Of a stretch of 64,000 bases of DNA, positions 20,464 through 23,733 are shown in pieces. Below the pieces are notes generated by a model. That model made no database searches, was not told where the DNA came from, and saw nothing but the letters and a program-made list of their open reading frames with translations. Numbering within the stretch: the first letter of the stretch is position 1; every line of letters begins with the position of its first letter. Location: positions 1,408,001 through 1,472,000 of the forward strand of contig CBDCOZ010000003.1 in the NCBI GenBank assembly GCA_965220085.1. The letters run 5' to 3'. The position numbers and the translations under genes were made by a program. Origin of the DNA: Candidatus Oxydemutatoraceae bacterium. Its GTDB lineage: Bacteria; Pseudomonadota; Gammaproteobacteria; Poriferisulfidales; Oxydemutatoraceae.

Positions 20464-21462
20464 AATGCCGACGCACGCATGCGCCTCGGCGGAGTATTCT
20501 TCCCCGGCGGCGCATTGGCTTACGCCGGTGTCTCCGCATGTGACGATGCCGGCGCCGGAGTCCGACCCCTCGTAGGCATACGGGGCGCAGACGGAATCGG
20601 GAGCGCCGGAAAATGATCCCGAGCATTGCCCGTTGCTTGACACGGTTCCGCCTTTGTTCTGGCACCAGTCGCTGAATTCCAAATCGGCGTCCGCAACACA
20701 GGCGGTTGTTCCGACAACAGCGGATTGTCCGGCGGGGCAGGAATACACACAAGTCTTGCCTGATGCCTCATAGCCTGACGGACATGTCGCCACGCAAGCG
20801 CCATTGTGCGCTAACGGGGCGCTCCCCGAGCAGAAAACGCAGTCCTTGTTTTCGTCTTTCACTTTGTTCGCCGGACAGGCATCAACGCAAGCGCCGTTGT
20901 CCGCCGCTTGTCCCGCCGAACAAGCGACGCACATGTTGTCGTCCACCGCCTGACCCGGGTCACAGAGATCACAGCGGCTGTTTTGCGCCACTTTGTTTGG
21001 CGGGCACGCGGGAACACAAAGCCCGTTGTCGTCAAATGTCCCGGAATTACACACGCATGCGTGAGCGGCAACGCTGAAATGCCTCCCTGCGGGACAGGTG
21101 CTGCTGCTGCTTCCGTCATTCCTGCATCTCCGCATGTTGCCTCTGTCGGCAACAAGGTCTCTCCTGCTATACGGAGCGCATGAAAATGCGGGCTCGAAGA
21201 AGCAGTCACGCAGTCCCCCTGTGGCCGCATTGGGGGCGAAGGAACCATAATCGTTCGCCACACACCATTCTGCGAATTCCAAATCAGCTTCAAGAAAGCA
21301 GCCGAAACTCTCGATAGCAGAGTGTTGTCCGGCCGGGCAATTGCCGACATGCGCCTGTGCGGACGAGGCAAACATTGCGGCAAGGATTGCCACAGCGCAA
21401 ATCGATACGACGGCAAATGCGGGAACGGAAACCCTGTTATGACGTGGTTGAGGTTTTAACAT
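1..21462 (-). CDS. Giant secreted repeat protein/adhesin (>7,154 aa; 3' end outside window): signal peptide, Cys-rich N-terminus, >=15 GLUG-type beta-helix + FN3-like modules
   Basis: Manual translation from ATG at 21462 gives MLKPQPRHNRVSVPAFAVVSICAVAILAAMFASSAQA|HVGNCPAGQ... All 15 (D/N)YDxDxD module starts (20463, 19068, 17661, 16275, 14856, 13431, 12036, 10650, 9261, 7875, 6516, 5088, 3708, 2316, 891) are in this frame, which still reads ...VSASYWD at position 1. The ORF track lists no stop-terminated ORF in this frame, consistent with one open frame. Confidence 0.92.
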   Translation of the reverse strand, partial: MLKPQPRHNRVSVPAFAVVSICAVAILAAMFASSAQAHVGNCPAGQHSAIESFGCFLEADLEFAEWCVANDYGSFAPNAATGGLRDCFFEPAFSCAPYSRRDLVADRGNMRRCRNDGSSSSTCPAGRHFSVAAHACVCNSGTFDDNGLCVPACPPNKVAQNSRCDLCDPGQAVDDNMCVACSAGQAADNGACVDACPANKVKDENKDCVFCSGSAPLAHNGACVATCPSGYEASGKTCVYSCPAGQSAVVGTTACVADADLEFSDWCQNKGGTVSSNGQCSGSFSGAPDSVCAPYAYEGSDSGAGIVTCGDTGVSQCAAGEEYSAEAHACVGIDYDRDDDGLLEVANLEQLDAMRWDLDGDGSIATDNQADYDLAFPTALFYKGCAGLCAGYELMADLDFEDPASYASGSVNTAWTIGEGWSPIGDLANPFATTFNGNGNTIANLYIHRTADGNDRQGLFGVIGESGAVSNLGISGSVSAGNSNDRVGGIAGELAGGTIEKSYSTVSADGNVLVGSLLGINNAGMVRLSYASGNVESAAEAGGLIGGAIHDASSDAEHVYATGFVTARSAGTRYGGISGGLLGYMGRVRLKYAYATGLIASAATNSGGLGGRLDSNAYSATAAYWDTGASGKTTAVGSVGSGVTVAGITGHTISMLQAPTGYSGIYADWDDSDTVDHWDFGTASQYPALKIDFDGNGEEASWQEFGCQVRTPPFLAATGAGTSRDLSWAAPDVSHCAGAPAVTYALYRDGAAIANASGLTATTYDDDGATDNAAHVYHVAAIVNGGEASRHSYLSGPRDYDSDDNGLIEIETLEQLDAVRYDLDSDGSVAAGDQANYAAAFPDAADNMGCVNGVCIGYELKNKLLFNSAASYRNGVVNAAWTSGEGWTPIGNDATNYTGTFDGNGNTIENLHIDRAADDNDRQGLFGVVGSTGTVTNIGVTNGSVSGGDDNDRIGGLVGELRGGTIEKSYSTVATTGGALVGSLVGFNNAGTVRLSYASGSVDSVAEAGGLLGGAAHDVGSNAEHVYATGLVTASRPAATRDGGVSGGLVGNMGMAQLKYAYATALLASSATNSGGFGGRLDSNDYSATAAYWDTKTSGKANAVGLKTFAESISGIEPKTTAELQSPTGYGGIYADWDDNNITDHWDFGSASQYPALKTDFDNDNTVTWQEFGYQLREGPPNLAVRGSAARVLTWDRPTVSHWSPAPDIIYVVYRDGAAESDLAAGLTAETHTSIDSDGVGTHVFHVAAAINGGEASRSFFSSQEAQDYDSDDDRLIEISALEQLNAIRWDLDGSGEADNNSNMANWLTAFPSAADNMGCPAPAQQGDPHCIGYELSNDLDFDDSGSYASGSVKTDWTRDEGWTPIGDSANFFAATFDGNGHTIANLHINRNENRQGLFGETGNATISRLGLTGSVTTSNNDTGALIGRMSGATVIEDAYVAADVTGALRTALLVGFISEGGAVRRSYATGSARGQSEAGGISGAIQRGATAEHVYATGHIAVPAGNKRRPGGLFGWFGDATLKYGYATALIGSGAARGGIGGINSNHHTGVFDAVYWDREAAAVSAPFGNDAFEGNVTAKTTAELQTPGGYVGIYAGWNAADAAGNATDYWDFGAASQYPALKIDFDGNDRVTWQEFGYQLRAGPTVTAARSVGGVVLSWSAPTMPSEWSPPPTIAYGIYRDGNLLSGDVSGTSHTDGNATDYRVYEYHVVAAVDGHESHNSFVSVAADYDIDNDNLIETNTLEQLNAIRWDLDGNGIAASAATDMYTLAFPNAVAGMGCQSDCVGYELTRGLDFDRRNSYAGNVDEGWSKGEGRQGWPPIGDSANPFAATFAGNGHMIANLHIDRAADGNDRQGLFGVVGSRGTVSNVGISGSISAGDDNDMVGGLAGELAGGAIEKSYSTVSADGGAGVGSLLGFNNAGTVRLSYATGNVGSVAEAGGLIGGVAQNVASDAEHVYATGFVSASRTAGNGGNAGGLLGHMGMVRLKHAYATALIAAGATNSGGLGGRLDNSSYSATAAYWDTAISGKTTAVGSAESGVTVVGLTGQSTSALQTPIAYSGIYAEWDEGDTADHWDFGSALQYPALKVDFNGDGTASWEEFGYQLRAGPALTSGVGDDINNRALYWTAPSAPSAWSPAPTITYAVYRDGEKLSGSADSVTENSVTTYAYADTPPYATGEYAYYVAAVIHGGEAGRSTTVLGPDYDLDNDGLIEIETLERLNAVRWDLDGDGTPATDNASDYESAFVNMDPVASCPGGCAGYELANDLDFEDPASYAGGSTSTQDWIDNPDDSDAETGWAPIGEDGAANFTAVFNGNGHAIYNLYINRAADGNDRLGLFGAIGGGRVLNLGVTGAVSGGDNNDRIGGVAGELFGGAIERSYSTVSAEGSALVGSLLGVNNGGAVSASYATGIVDSVAESGGLIGGVAPDKNSAIEHVYASGFVSASRTADNGGAAGGLIGFMGMAQLKYAYASAMIATAATHSGGLGGRLDSTLTVTAAYWDSSVANKSSAVGSLRQNQTITGAQRKTRAELQAPTDYDGIYEGWNLNDIDGNASDYWDFGAPSQYPVLKVDFNGDDTASWEEFGYQLREAPGNLSITASGEQITVSWEAPSAPSAWTNAPPIAYRAYRDGARVRALDAATLSVTETVSDLTASLVYHIAAVIHGGEASRAIITAAPTDYDSDDDGLLEITTLEQLDAVRYDLNADGKTDSQSDATAYQAAFSPFSVSNLGCPSACVGYELMNDLDFAADASYRDAAANKSAWTSGEGWTPIGDSSDKFAGTLKGNGHTIYNLRIERDGNQQGLFGHADGATISNLGVTGSVTATGSSNTDVGGLIGKADDTTIEQVYSAATVTGGEFRASPLAGFLTNGSAVRRSYATGAASADNGAAGIAGMIQGSAVAEHVYAAGYIGDGDSARAGGLFGRMGAATVGYAYATAQIALGAAERGGIAGYNDDQVTAFNAVYWDTDVSAVSEAYGGIQTAAEALGPSSKTTAELQTPGGYVGIYANWNPNDADGNPTDYWDFGDASQYPALKVDFDGDGEARWEEFGYQLREGPRYLSAVGRGADRTLTWVAPDVSHWSLPPAVAYNVYRSGASTELLVAGIGALSYGDATATANADHTYHVAAVVNGGEAARSVIVSGGIDYDTDDDNLIEISTLEQLNAIRWDLDNGDGGASAGNAPAYGEAFHSALDGMGCHSACAGYELTRDLDFNDPGSYRSGVVNAEWTSGDGWASIGGNNNRLKTTFDGAGHTIYNLYVNRVANLQGLFGVVGSDGVISNLGVTGSVSLGGSSERVGGIAGQLNEGTIEKSYSSVMTEGNKLVGSLLGINEKGTLRLSYATGNAEANSEAGGLSGGVHHDQTGSRVEHAYATGFVNPTRGGAMKWGGGLIGYLGRVQLKYAYSVALVHPAANLSGGLGGQNPGQGAAFDAVYWNTETSGKTNAVGGGSGAGITARTSAELRAPTTYAGIYADWDEGDTTDYWDFGSASQYPALKIDFNNDNKVTWQEFGYQLREGPMTAIAVRDGNSNALSWSAPDTSHWSAAPPTITYNVYRNGTALANASGLAATSHTDADAPLIGGNEYAYHVAAVVNGGEASRSLVAQSNPQDYDSDDDGLIEISNLEQLNAMRWDLDGNGAVAAGDQANYDAAFPEAIANMGCGGGACGGYELEFDLDFDDPADYASGSMAVSPLLMQGETRVNWLPIGDAGDKFTGTLKGNGRTIYNLYIERDGNQQGLFGYADGATIGNLGVTGSVTASGSSDTDVGGLIGRADDTTIEEAYSAAAVTGASRSAPLVGRITGGAVRRSYATGNVSADNEPAGIAGALLGGAVAEHVYAAGYIGGDGDKRPGGLFGRLGESTVKYGYATAQIASGGAERGGIAGHNDSQVTAFDAVYWDADTSAVGAAYGSIQTAAEAVGPAAKMTAELQEPTGYDGIYADWDDGNAADYWDFGDASQYPVLKIDFNGDSMARWQEFGYQLREGPRDLIIAGPSGESGAPVAWTAPETSHWTTPPTVAYNVYRDDQAAALATGITALTYSDTSAIATATYAYYVAAVVNGGEAARSVVEFDPVDYDSDDNGLIEISNLEQLNALRWDLDGDGAPTANGYYGAFLNPMADMGCGAGVCVGYELEKDLDFDDAASYAGGVDNGWSKGESGEGWLPIGAVANRFSATFNGNGNAIYNLHIDRSAATEQGLFGSVGSNGTVSNVGITGSVLASMDDTDEDSAIGGLIGELAAGGTAEKNWSSVSVRGNFAVAPLVGGATGATVRLSYGTGSAIARQQAAGLIGGIGGSSAIEHVYAAGYVNAATIGLQRWGGGLLGYSAGSRLRYGYATAAVFASPDGRHGGIAGVNDDGQMVYASAYWDLETSAVSRGVGQGPSAGTAGYATAQLQAPTGYEGIYADWDEGGSTDYWDFGSASQYPALKIDFNNDGMASWEEFGYQLRSGPGNALAIGDASTRTVTWDAPDTSHWSSPPAVTYAVYRDGHALSNATSIVGTTYVDSEQLSADAAPDYVVAAIINGGESVRSVVDTRMTDYDSDSDGLIEISTLEQLNAVRWDLGGGGAASADNTTAYEAAFSGAIPDMGCVNDACVGYELVADLDFDDSGDYADGAVSAAWTTGEGWPPIGNRAAPFAATFDGNGNGVAGLHIDRAADNNDGQGLFGAIGNGAVVSNFRVGGSVSAGGANDRIGGIAGELIGGAIERSYSEATVSGGGHTGSLLGHIDGGTLRISYATGSVNAAVSGGGLVGGSASTAATVEHVYATGSVSAAAVGGLIGVGVGATVRYAYATALPTGAFAGGVSGDGAGTFEEAYWDTVASNGADASGVGAVSGITGLMTSALQAPAGYDGIYADWNANDANGNATDHWDFGTASQYPALKADVNRDHAATWQEFGCQLRAGPLSLIAVGTATTRTLSWIAPDTSHCAPAPTLAYNIYRDGEAIADATNISERTYADTGRQAGSEYAYLVAAVINGGEASRSFVRSGRTNDYDDNDDGLIEISNLEQLNALRWDLDGDGRVSSDTRGDYMRAFPDSQDGMGCPSEVCAGYELTKGLDFNEAASYIFGAVDAAWTTGEGWTPLGDNADRFATTFNGNGHAIYNLHIDRAAGEQGLFGVIGSSGTVSNIGVTGMVRAPHGDTGHANIGGVAGRVIGVLEKSWSSVSAEGNSAVGALAGSVSGNGTVRLSYATGNAYARQQAGGLIGGASSASVANIIEHAYATGYVNPTAGEPKRWSGGIAGYMDDLRLRYSYSTALIHADAAASGGVGGFNAGATFAAAYWDTQASGASAAVGANSSDGIAGQTTAELQAPTAYSGIYAGWDANDSNGNATDYWDFGAASQYPALKIDFDNDGMPSWQEFGYQLRQGPTNFGITGFGGAARELSWTAPDISHWDSDPDRALLASDISYVVYRNKTLLAGAIGSAIDNGVMTYAYADTVSDATVKHGYRVAAIIHGGEAARAYGRTLHDYDSDDDGLIDIRNLEQLDAIRYDLDGNGKISSSNEASHISAFPDALADMGCPGACGGYELMSDLDFNDDDDYIDAAANKSSWTVGAGWAPIGDTTAGFAAIFNGNGRTVSNLRINRAAAGANDQGLFGVIGNGTVSKLGVTGSVAIETGGTGNNRAGGIAGTLSGGVIEDSYSAVAVTGLRFNGSLLGHNDGGAVRRSYASGVVNSRSEGGGLIGRVHDAAGNSTASHVYATGYVISGGRSGGLIGELGNMRLRYGYAAALVSGPASGNVGGYLADNAYSASAAYGDSVISGQANAIGAPAAGASVSGIEARTTAALQGPQGYVGIYADWDANDANGNATDYWDFGTASQYPALKTDFNNDNKVTWQEFGYQLREGPQTLAVSAGRMLSWTAPDTSHWSKNPPTIAYAVYRDGLAVTGALAATAYSDTGATPDATHTYHVAAVINGGEASRSSIASREKDYDPDDNGLIDVRTLEQLNAMRWDLDGNGSPAAGNEDDYALAFPDAALNMGCRDDTCSGYELKNDLDFADAASYAGGDTSARDWTDNPDDGDSEAGWMPIGDTTAQFATRFNGNGNTIYNLYINRDANQQGLFGETGRTTISNLGVTGSVTALGSANEDVGGLVGKTNNTAIEEAYSAVSVSGGWRASPLVGFITGGGAVRRSYASGNAYADREPAGISGAVEDDAIVEHVYATGYMNATRGGNKKSPGGLFGWFGDATLKYGYATAQIARGASARGGIVGTNGRFHSGTFDAVYWDADTSDVSAGFGAGSGAEDTGAAVAKTSAELQAPTTYAGIYAKWDEGDGDYWDFGSANQYPALKIDFDNDGDASWQEFGYQLREGPKELKAIGARALSWAPPDTSHWPKNPPTVTYAVYGNGVAAAAGLTATTHADNAPLGGNATDIAYHVAAVINGGEAGRSAVRAVNYDADGDNLIEVGNLEQLNAMRWDLDGNGEPAAGNASAYATAFPDAPAGMGCPNTCDGYELTTDLDFEDAASYAGGDTSAQDWTDNPGDGDSEAGWPPIGNNTANFIAAFDGNGHVIANLHINRAADNNDRQGLFGVIGNGGRIANLGVIGSVSIGADNDRAGGIAGELAGGAIERSYSAASAAGGKLIGSLLGVNAGGTVRASYATGYADGVAETGGLFGGASDNADSVAEHVYATGFVSASRAAGAGGNAGGLLGLMGRAQLKYAYSVALVASAATNSGGLAGRLDNNNYSATAAYWNSSVANKSAAVGSVSGATVAGISGQSTSALQAPTGYDGIYADWDANDATGNATDYWDFGAAAQYPALKADFDGDDEASWEEFGCQLRAGPSLNASGAGASRKLVWLAPDVSHCASAPTVAYVVYRDGAAISGATPISATTYSDTGRVAAAPHTYQVAAIINGGEASRSAGMTGAAEDYDSDDDGLIEISNLEQLNAVRWDLGGDGAPATGKESDYSAAFSDAVAGMGCPSGSGCIGYELMSDLDFDDATSYASRTVNAAWAASGSAAGWMPIGDATANFAGTFDGNGHTIANLYINRAAAGNNNRGLFGVIGAGTISNLGVTGSVTVADGAIGNNQAGGIAGRLSGGTIEDSYSTAAARGLRFIGSLLGHNHGGTVQRSYASGSVDARSESGGLIGRVTDDAGASKVEHSYAAGYLSAAASGVTGGLSGGLLGELGNAQLKYGYATTLVSGSRSGGLVGKGGASSDVSASYWD
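20470..21339 (-). other. Cys-rich N-terminal region: two copies of an 8-Cys domain flanking furin-like CxxC/CxxxC repeats
   Basis: About 30 Cys in ~290 aa. CPAGQ..C...ADLEF..WC...CAPY...C.AG...S..AHACV occurs at 21339-21052 and 20739-20470, with CVPACP, CVDACP and CVATCP repeats between them. Confidence 0.8.
21352..21462 (-). other. Predicted Sec/SPI signal peptide of the left giant protein
   Basis: Basic n-region (K, R, R), hydrophobic h-region VPAFAVVSICAVAILAAMF and an A-x-A cleavage site (AQA|H). Confidence 0.8.
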
Positions 21463-21572
21463 AAACTACCGGTAAATTCAGTCTTATCTGCATGCCCCTA
21501 AGCAACCTGCCTTATGCTTCGAACTTTGCAAACCGCTCATTAACAAATTCGTTTGTTTCATCTGACAGCCAA

Positions 21573-21603
21573 GGGCTAAGGGCTAGGGCTAGGGCTAGGG
21601 GGG
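21573..21603 (+). repeat. Short (GGGCTA)n tandem repeat, potential G-quadruplex, in the divergent intergenic region
   Basis: gggctaagggctagggctagggctagggggg has five G3+ runs separated by 3-4-nt loops. Confidence 0.7.
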
Positions 21604-21652
21604 ATTATAACAAAAACAGCCGCCAAACCCGGCTGTTCCCCGAAGTCTGATA

Positions 21653-21725
21653 TCCCCTCTCGCAGAGGCTGATGAGCGAATGCCTTGGCGGCGGCTTATC
21701 CTATCGCTCCTCCCGCAAGGGAGCG
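21653..21725. repeat. Degenerate copy of the CTCCC..GGGAG palindromic element family
   Basis: tcccctctcgcagagg and ctcctcccgcaagggag hairpin-like motifs resemble those at 22321-22551 and 26493-26772. Confidence 0.5.
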
Positions 21726-21810
21726 CGTCGGTTGGCGTTGCGATGCAGGGATGCTTTATAATTGTAACTCCGATAGGCGCCGGCACAAGTTAGATGCCGG
21801 CACAGATTAA

Positions 21811-23718
21811 ATGAACAAGACAACATTTCGCGATAAACGCCGCAAGCGGCGCGGGCAGAAGAAGGGCCGCGCGGTTGATCCCGTCGCATACAAAGAAGTT
21901 TGCGACTTGCTCGGCGAGCGTCCGCTTCGGCGCGATCTTTTGATCGAGTATCTGCATTTGATACAGGATGGTTACGGGCATATCAGCGCGGCGCACATCG
22001 CCGCTCTGGCGGAGGCGATGGGGTTGGCGACGACCGAGGTCTATGAGGTCGCGAGTTTCTATCATCATTTCGATATCGTCCGCGAGGGCGGTGCGCCGCC
22101 GCCGGCGCTGACCGTGCGGGTGTGCGACTCTATTACGTGTGAGATGTACGGGGCGGAGGCGCTGTTGCAAGATCTCGGCGCGGTGTGCGGGGATGGGGTC
22201 AGGATTCAACGGGTTCCTTGCGTCGGGCGGTGCGAGACGCCGCCGGTGGCGGTCGTCGGCACACGTCCGGTGTGCCATGCGACGACGGCTACGGTGCGGG
22301 AGGCGGTCGAGCGTGTCGGGGCGAGCGCTCCCCCTCTCCGGCGCAGCCAAGCTGCGCCGACTCTCCCGCGAGGGGAGAGTGTTTCCGACTCTCCGGCGAG
22401 CAAAGCTCGCCGACTCTCCCGCGAGGGGGAGAGTGTTTCCGAGCGAGCGCTCCCCCTCTCCGGCGAGCAAAGCTCGCCGACTCTCCCGCGAGGGGAGAGT
22501 GTTTCCGAGCGAGCGCTCCGCCTCTCCGGCGAGCAAAGCTCGCCGACTCTCGCGGCGGACGCGCGCGCGGTTTTGTATGATGCCTATTGCGCGGAACACG
22601 ACGGCTATGCTTTGCTGAGGCGCTTGTGCGCGGGCGAGACGACGGGCACGGAGATTATCGCGCGGTTGGAGCAGTCGGGTTTGCGCGGCTTGGGCGGCGC
22701 CGGGTTTCCCGTCGGGCGCAAGTGGAAGATCGTAGCGGGGCAAGACGCGCCGCGTTATATGGCGGTCAATATCGACGAGGGCGAGCCGGGCACGTTTAAG
22801 GATCGGCATTATCTGGAGCGCGACCCGCACCGCTTTCTGGAGGGAATGTTGATTGCGGCGGAGGCAGTCGGCGCCGAACGGGTTTATATCTATCTGCGCG
22901 ATGAGTACGCCGCTGTCCGCGCACTGTTGGAGGAGGAGCTGGCGCGTCTGCGGGCGAACCCGCCCGCCCCGCTGCCGGCGATTGAGTTGCGGCGCGGCGC
23001 GGGGGCGTATATCTGCGGCGAGGAGTCGGCGATGATTGAGTCTATCGAAGGCAAGCGCGGGATGCCGCGTCTGCGCCCGCCGTTTGTCGCCGAAGTCGGT
23101 CTGTTCGGGCGACCGACGCTGGAGCATAACATGGAGACTTTGTATTGGGTGCGGGAGATCATCGATAAGGGCGCCGAGTGGTTTGCATCGCACGGGCGCA
23201 ACGGGCGGGTCGGCCTGCGTTCGTTTTCTGTCAGCGGGCGGGTCAAGAAACCCGGGGTGCATCTGGCGCCGGCCGGTATCACGGTGACCGAGTTAATAGA
23301 CGAGCATTGCGGCGGCATGCAAGACGGTCATGCGTTCTATGCGTATTTCCCGGGCGGCGCGTCGGGCGGTATCTTGCCGGCATCGATGGGCGATATTCCG
23401 CTGGACTTTGACACGCTCAACGAGCACGGGTGCTTTATCGGGTCGGCGGCGGTCATCGTGCTGTCCGATAAGGACAGCGCGCGGGCGGCGGCGGTCAATG
23501 CGATGCGGTTTTTCTCGCATGAGTCTTGCGGCAAGTGCACGCCTTGTCGGGTCGGCACGGCGAAGGCGGTTAAGTTGATGGAGAAACCCGCATGGGATGT
23601 CGGGCTGATGAACGAGTTGTCGCAGGTGATGGCGGATGCGTCTATCTGCGGGCTCGGACAGGCGGCGCCGAACCCGCTGCAATGTGTGATTAAATATTTC
23701 CCTGAGGAGCTTGATTAG
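21811..23718 (+). CDS. NAD-dependent formate dehydrogenase beta/diaphorase subunit (NuoE-like 2Fe-2S domain fused to NuoF-like FMN/4Fe-4S domain) with a ~77-aa repeat-derived insertion
   Basis: VASFYHHF, VCDSITC, CVGRC (NuoE-like); GLRGLGGAGFP, NIDEGEPGTFKDR, GAGAYICGEESA, ESCGKCTPCRVG, ASICGLGQAAPNP (NuoF-like). Directly upstream of the FDH alpha subunit. Confidence 0.92.
   Translation: MNKTTFRDKRRKRRGQKKGRAVDPVAYKEVCDLLGERPLRRDLLIEYLHLIQDGYGHISAAHIAALAEAMGLATTEVYEVASFYHHFDIVREGGAPPPALTVRVCDSITCEMYGAEALLQDLGAVCGDGVRIQRVPCVGRCETPPVAVVGTRPVCHATTATVREAVERVGASAPPLRRSQAAPTLPRGESVSDSPASKARRLSREGESVSERALPLSGEQSSPTLPRGESVSERALRLSGEQSSPTLAADARAVLYDAYCAEHDGYALLRRLCAGETTGTEIIARLEQSGLRGLGGAGFPVGRKWKIVAGQDAPRYMAVNIDEGEPGTFKDRHYLERDPHRFLEGMLIAAEAVGAERVYIYLRDEYAAVRALLEEELARLRANPPAPLPAIELRRGAGAYICGEESAMIESIEGKRGMPRLRPPFVAEVGLFGRPTLEHNMETLYWVREIIDKGAEWFASHGRNGRVGLRSFSVSGRVKKPGVHLAPAGITVTELIDEHCGGMQDGHAFYAYFPGGASGGILPASMGDIPLDFDTLNEHGCFIGSAAVIVLSDKDSARAAAVNAMRFFSHESCGKCTPCRVGTAKAVKLMEKPAWDVGLMNELSQVMADASICGLGQAAPNPLQCVIKYFPEELD
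22321..22551 (+). repeat. Four tandem copies of a double-hairpin palindromic element inserted in frame in the FDH beta gene
   Basis: Units of 68, 54, 66 and 43 bp (231 bp, 77 codons) with ggcgagc-aaa-gctcgcc and actctccc-gcga-gg(g)gagagt hairpins; the fourth unit lacks the second hairpin. Confidence 0.9.
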
Positions 23719-23733
23719 AGGAGCTTGATTAGA

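Noticed and set aside
289-21416. Many short plus- and minus-strand ORFs in the ORF track
   Set aside because: Shadow or alternate-frame ORFs of the giant minus-strand gene; Arg/Ala-rich with no recognisable motifs.
22321-22551. CRISPR array
   Set aside because: Units are contiguous with no unique spacers, lie within a CDS, and no cas genes are present.
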